Part shown: piece after piece, positions 37,717 to 41,480 of the stretch
How positions within the stretch are numbered: the first letter of the stretch is position 1
Layout of the letters: every line of letters begins with the position of its first letter
Source of the DNA: Cercozoa sp. M6MM
Lineage: Eukaryota > Protista > Endomyxa: Ascetosporea
Assembly (NCBI GenBank): GCA_040357565.1
Contig: JBDODJ010000099.1
DNA: 41,480 nt
Reading direction: 5' to 3' (one strand)
Position numbers and translations under genes: made by a program
The notes under the pieces: generated by a model
Told to the model about the DNA's origin: nothing
Database searches by the model: none
Seen by the model: only the letters and a program-made list of their open reading frames with translations

Positions 37717-38421
37717 TGCTCAAAAGCAAAACCGCCACGCTCCGGGTGCTCACAAGAAATCGGCAGAACCCAGCTAGGAGCACAGGCAGCAAAAACTCCG
37801 TGCTTGACAACCAGCTTCCCTTTGGCGACACCCGATTTGTGGTATCTATTACTTTCTGATCGCCCGAATCAGCGACTTACGTTTTTTCTGATCGCTTGCT
37901 TGCAGTCACAGATCGATCAGTAATTGACGGTTCGTGGCTGCAGCTGACTGACTGACTACTCAATCCCAATCTTGATACAAGCACGCGTGCTCCCGCCAAG
38001 AGAAACCTTTGACTTGTATTTCTTGCTTTTGCATTTAGCGTCTCCAAGCGTACAAGGTATACATACCAGTTGCTTTGCAGTTCCGCACGAGTTACCCCAG
38101 CTTTGCGTTTGCTGCTTGTCTTTGCAAAGGTATTGCGCTTGTGCTTTTGCTAAAGGTCTCTGCTATTATGTGTTGCGTCATTGGTTTCGGTGTGTTTTTT
38201 GCGTCATTGGTTTCGGTGTGTTTTTGCAGCGTTTTTGCACCAACTTTATCCCCAGGGTGAATTTTTGTGCAAAAGTGTCTTTGCGCGTGTTTTTGCACGT
38301 GTTTTTGCACGTGTTTTTGCACGAAGCGGAAATTTAACGTGTAGGGAAACGCCTTTTAACCTGATCCATTGTTGTCTCATCACGAGCGAAAAGAACCACT
38401 GACTCTTCACCCGAAGCAAAG
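37717..38421. promoter_or_regulatory. Putative bidirectional promoter with tandem motif arrays
   Basis: Lies between two divergent ATGs. 26-bp unit x2 (38173-38224) containing TGCGTCATTGG; 12-bp unit TTGCACGTGTTT x~3.5 (38281-38323). Confidence 0.55.
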
Positions 38422-40627
38422 ATGTCCTCGAGCGCCCAGCTGGCCGAGCAGTAGCTTTATTATTTTTCCAGTTCCAGTGATTCCAACGACACTGATTTGC
38501 TATCCGAAGGAACGCCCAGAAGCAGAACGCTGCTCAGAAAGGCTCGCACGTTGCAGCCAAGCAGTTCTCCAGCATCATTCTGGTACCTTGCTGGATTTGT
38601 CTTCAGTTGCAGAGTTCATGTTTCCTCTTTTTTGCAGCAACAAATCTTCAAGGGCAACGTTCCCGACAGCGTCTCCGTGCAGTGTGAGATCCCCGGTCGA
38701 ATGCTGACTCCGACTGGTACAACACTCCCGGATAACGTTGTCCACACACACCAACTCTTGTGCAATTTAGACTACGAGTTCGACCTCGGAAACTCCGGTG
38801 TTGGCGCCAACTTTGCCAAGCCGGTGAACGTGCGTCTAAACGAGGCTCGCCTGGCTGATCGCATCTTTGACGTAATTTTCGACCTGCTACAACGACAAGG
38901 GGGAGGGGGTATATTTATCGAATTTGTACTTTAGACCTCGACGGACTCGATTGCGGGTGACACTGGCCGCACTGTCTCGGACTCCTACGTGGCAGCACTG
39001 AACTCGTTCGCGCCGACCCTGCCGGTAACACCGACTCAGGTTGATTTGATGAACCGACTGATGCTTCCTCGATGTTTGCAGTCGGACGAGCGCGGTCGCC
39101 TGGTGCAGGCCGCTCGTGCGTGGCTGGCCCAGAAGGCGATCAAGGGCGCCAAGGCCACCGACATGGAGGACTTCAAGCGCGCTCTCGGCGAGGATGACTT
39201 TGAGGAGAAGAGCGACGACGTCGAGTACATCCTCGGCGACGATGGCAAGCCGCTGTCGCGTGTTGAGAACTACGCCAAGGTAGCCATCTGTCTCACTGTG
39301 CTGTAATGTAAATTCACCTTTGTGTTCGGTAGTACCGCATGATGTACGCGACGGAGCTGCAGTCGCTGCGCGTGAAGCAACTTGCGAAGAAACAGGAGTT
39401 GTCGGCCGTGGATTACCTCGAGTGGTGGCGCCAAGAGGGCTCTGCCATGCGCATGCAGCTTGATGCGGTATATTCTCTGACCACCAAGCCGCTTCCTGCA
39501 AAACAACGCTAACGACGCTAACTTTTTGACTCCTATTAACTCCTAGGTCTACGATCGCTGGCTGATTGACGGTGACAAGGCTCGTTGCGAGTACGCCATT
39601 AGTACGCTTTCGTCATATTTTGCTTTCTAGTCTTCTTTGATGACGTGCGCGTTCTGTGCAGCCCTTGCTGACTTTGACATGCCGGGTCAGCAGCTCGAGG
39701 AGACTAAGTCGACTCTTCGGTACCTTTTCTGTGTTGTGCGTGTTGTTGTTGCGATGCATGCGTGTTTGTAGCTTCATCCAGGAGCTTAGCGAGGACGGCG
39801 CTCGCTTCTTCCCTGGTACGACTGAACACGAACCAGTCAGGCATTGTATTAATTTGTGTGCGTGAGCAGTGCGTCTCGATCCGTCGGACTGGGGCAACAG
39901 CCTGCGCGACTTCACCGATCCCGAATCCATCTCGCAGCAGATTGTGTATGTAGATACGAGAGTGCCTGTATCTTTGCGTGTGTCACACTTAGAACTTGGT
40001 CGTTTGCAGGATGATCCAGAAGCAAGAAGACGCATTGAACCTCAAGCTGGTCGACCTCAACCAGGTACAACATGCGACTCGGCCTGCATCCACTTGTTGA
40101 TGCTATGATATGTGTTTCAAACGCAGCAACTGGTCTACATGAGCGAAGATATGGAAGGTGTGTCGGCAGAAGCTGCCAAGCTGTCCGCAGCATCCGCGGC
40201 GATGCAGCAGGCGTCGATGGAAGTGGTAGGCGCGCACTTTTGTCCGATGTTGTCCACCACGTAAGTCATTCCCTTTGTGTGTAATGGCGTAGTCGAGCAA
40301 GGTGAACGCTGCCGCTGCCGCAGGCTTCGATTCTCTTGTCGGCGCCGTTGGAGAGGTAGAATAGGATGCTGCCTGCGCGGAAACGGGGTAGGAAGTAAAG
40401 GAAACGCTTGTGCGTAGGGTCTCAAGTTCGCGGCCAACCCGGCCAAGACGCCCGCCAGTGCTGGTGATCTCGTCAAGGGTATCGCCACGGCCATCAATGG
40501 CAGCGAGAAGGCGCAAGACGAGCTGTCGCAGGCGGCCATGGACCTTTGCAACAAGCAGGCCGAGTACCTCAAGTCGCTCTCGTCCGAACAGGACCGCAAG
40601 GTGATGCAGCAGAAGATTCGGTACCAA

Positions 40628-40685
<58 letters not shown>

Positions 40686-41405
40686 TCTCTCTCTGGCATG
40701 TATCACATCTGCACAGAGACGTGACAACGGAGATTGCGCGCGCCAAGACGCAGCTGTCGCAGCTCGCGTCGTCTCGCCAGCGCAAGCTGACTGAGTACGA
40801 GCAGGCCAAGCAGGCCAAGGAGGACCGCGATGAAGCGCGTGCGAAGGCGGGCGACGACGCCGAGCCTCCGCAGGCCGCCAACGACATGTGGACCGACATC
40901 AACTTCACCTTCTCCTTCAGTACGTGCTTTCCCGCAACTGCTACTTGGGCTCTACCTTACGCATGCGCGTGTCACAGGCGCAACGTCGTCGACCAATTCG
41001 TCCTCGGCGTCGGCTTCATCGTCGTCCTCGCGCGTCCGTGGCTGGTTCTACTCCAAGACCAAGAGCAAGTCGGAACAGGAGGCCGCCGTACCACTCCATT
41101 TCCTCATCATTCCCAGGAAGGGATGTATTTTTACATCCAAATTGTGTGTGTGTGTGTTTGTGTGGGTACAGAGCCATTCGGCGAGTGCAGAGCAAACGTA
41201 CGAAGTCGCGGTGTCGATGCGCGTGATGAAGGTCAACATCACTCGTGTAAGTTGTCTCCCTGCATCAGCGTACACACTGTGCGACTTGCTTGACTTGCTT
41301 GGACTTTACTTGGGACATAGGGTTGGCTCGACATGTCGCTTCTGCAGCAAGCGACATCTTTTGAGTGGGTTGCCGGTCCAGATGCCAAGAAGCGCGTCTC
41401 CTACG
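38422..41405 (+). CDS. Uncharacterised protein 'B' (coiled coil plus Ser/Thr-rich hairpin), 3' truncated by the window edge
   Basis: Spliced: SVQCEIPGRMLTPTDYEFD...KPVNVRLNEARLAD...TGRTVSDSYVAALNSFAP...AARAWL...SRVENYAKYRMMY...YDRWLIDGDK...LEETKSTLRF...FFPVRLDPSDWG...WTDINFTFS...VAVSMRVMKVNITRGWLDMSLL. Strongly C/G-ending codons. Confidence 0.85.
40631..40693. repeat. (CT)n microsatellite in an intron of gene B
   Basis: Long CT run seen directly. Confidence 0.9.
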
Positions 41406-41432
41406 GTACCCTCGTTACAACTCACTTGTCGA

Positions 41433-41443
41433 CGCGCGCGCGC

Positions 41444-41480
<37 letters not shown>
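41433..41480. repeat. (CG)n(TG)n microsatellite in an intron, at the window end
   Basis: Alternating purine-pyrimidine tract seen directly. Confidence 0.9.

Noticed and set aside
38173-38323. CRISPR-like array
   Set aside because: Tandem units without unique spacers, in a eukaryotic context with no cas genes.

Overview
Eukaryotic (protist-like) nuclear DNA: compact and gene-dense, with very many short GT-AG introns (mostly ~50-75 nt), so the supplied ORF track shows only gene fragments. All gene models below were spliced by hand. The MAPK type suggests SAR affinity (inference). Recognisable genes, left to right: a small 4-TM protein, a CSC1/OSCA/TMEM63 channel (intact except one in-frame TAG), a secreted ependymin/LolA-fold-like protein, a TPR protein, NOL10/ENP2, an ABCG half-transporter, a GT64 glycosyltransferase fragment after an N-gap, an alpha/beta hydrolase, CSTF2, an atypical TxH MAPK and DDX27/DRS1. 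Best candidate for a new system: the last two genes (33062-37716 minus and 38422->41480 plus) are head-to-head, highly diverged paralogues of one uncharacterised family. They share a repeat-containing ~700 bp spacer. One keeps a Ser/Thr-rich candidate membrane-inserting hairpin and the other has replaced it, which suggests a two-component pore/toxin or sensor-executor pair. Also notable: telomere-like, G4-prone (CCCCT(T)TA)n tracts fill the introns of some genes in both orientations, and a 240-bp Mutator-like MITE with a 9-bp TSD carries the same kind of repeat.
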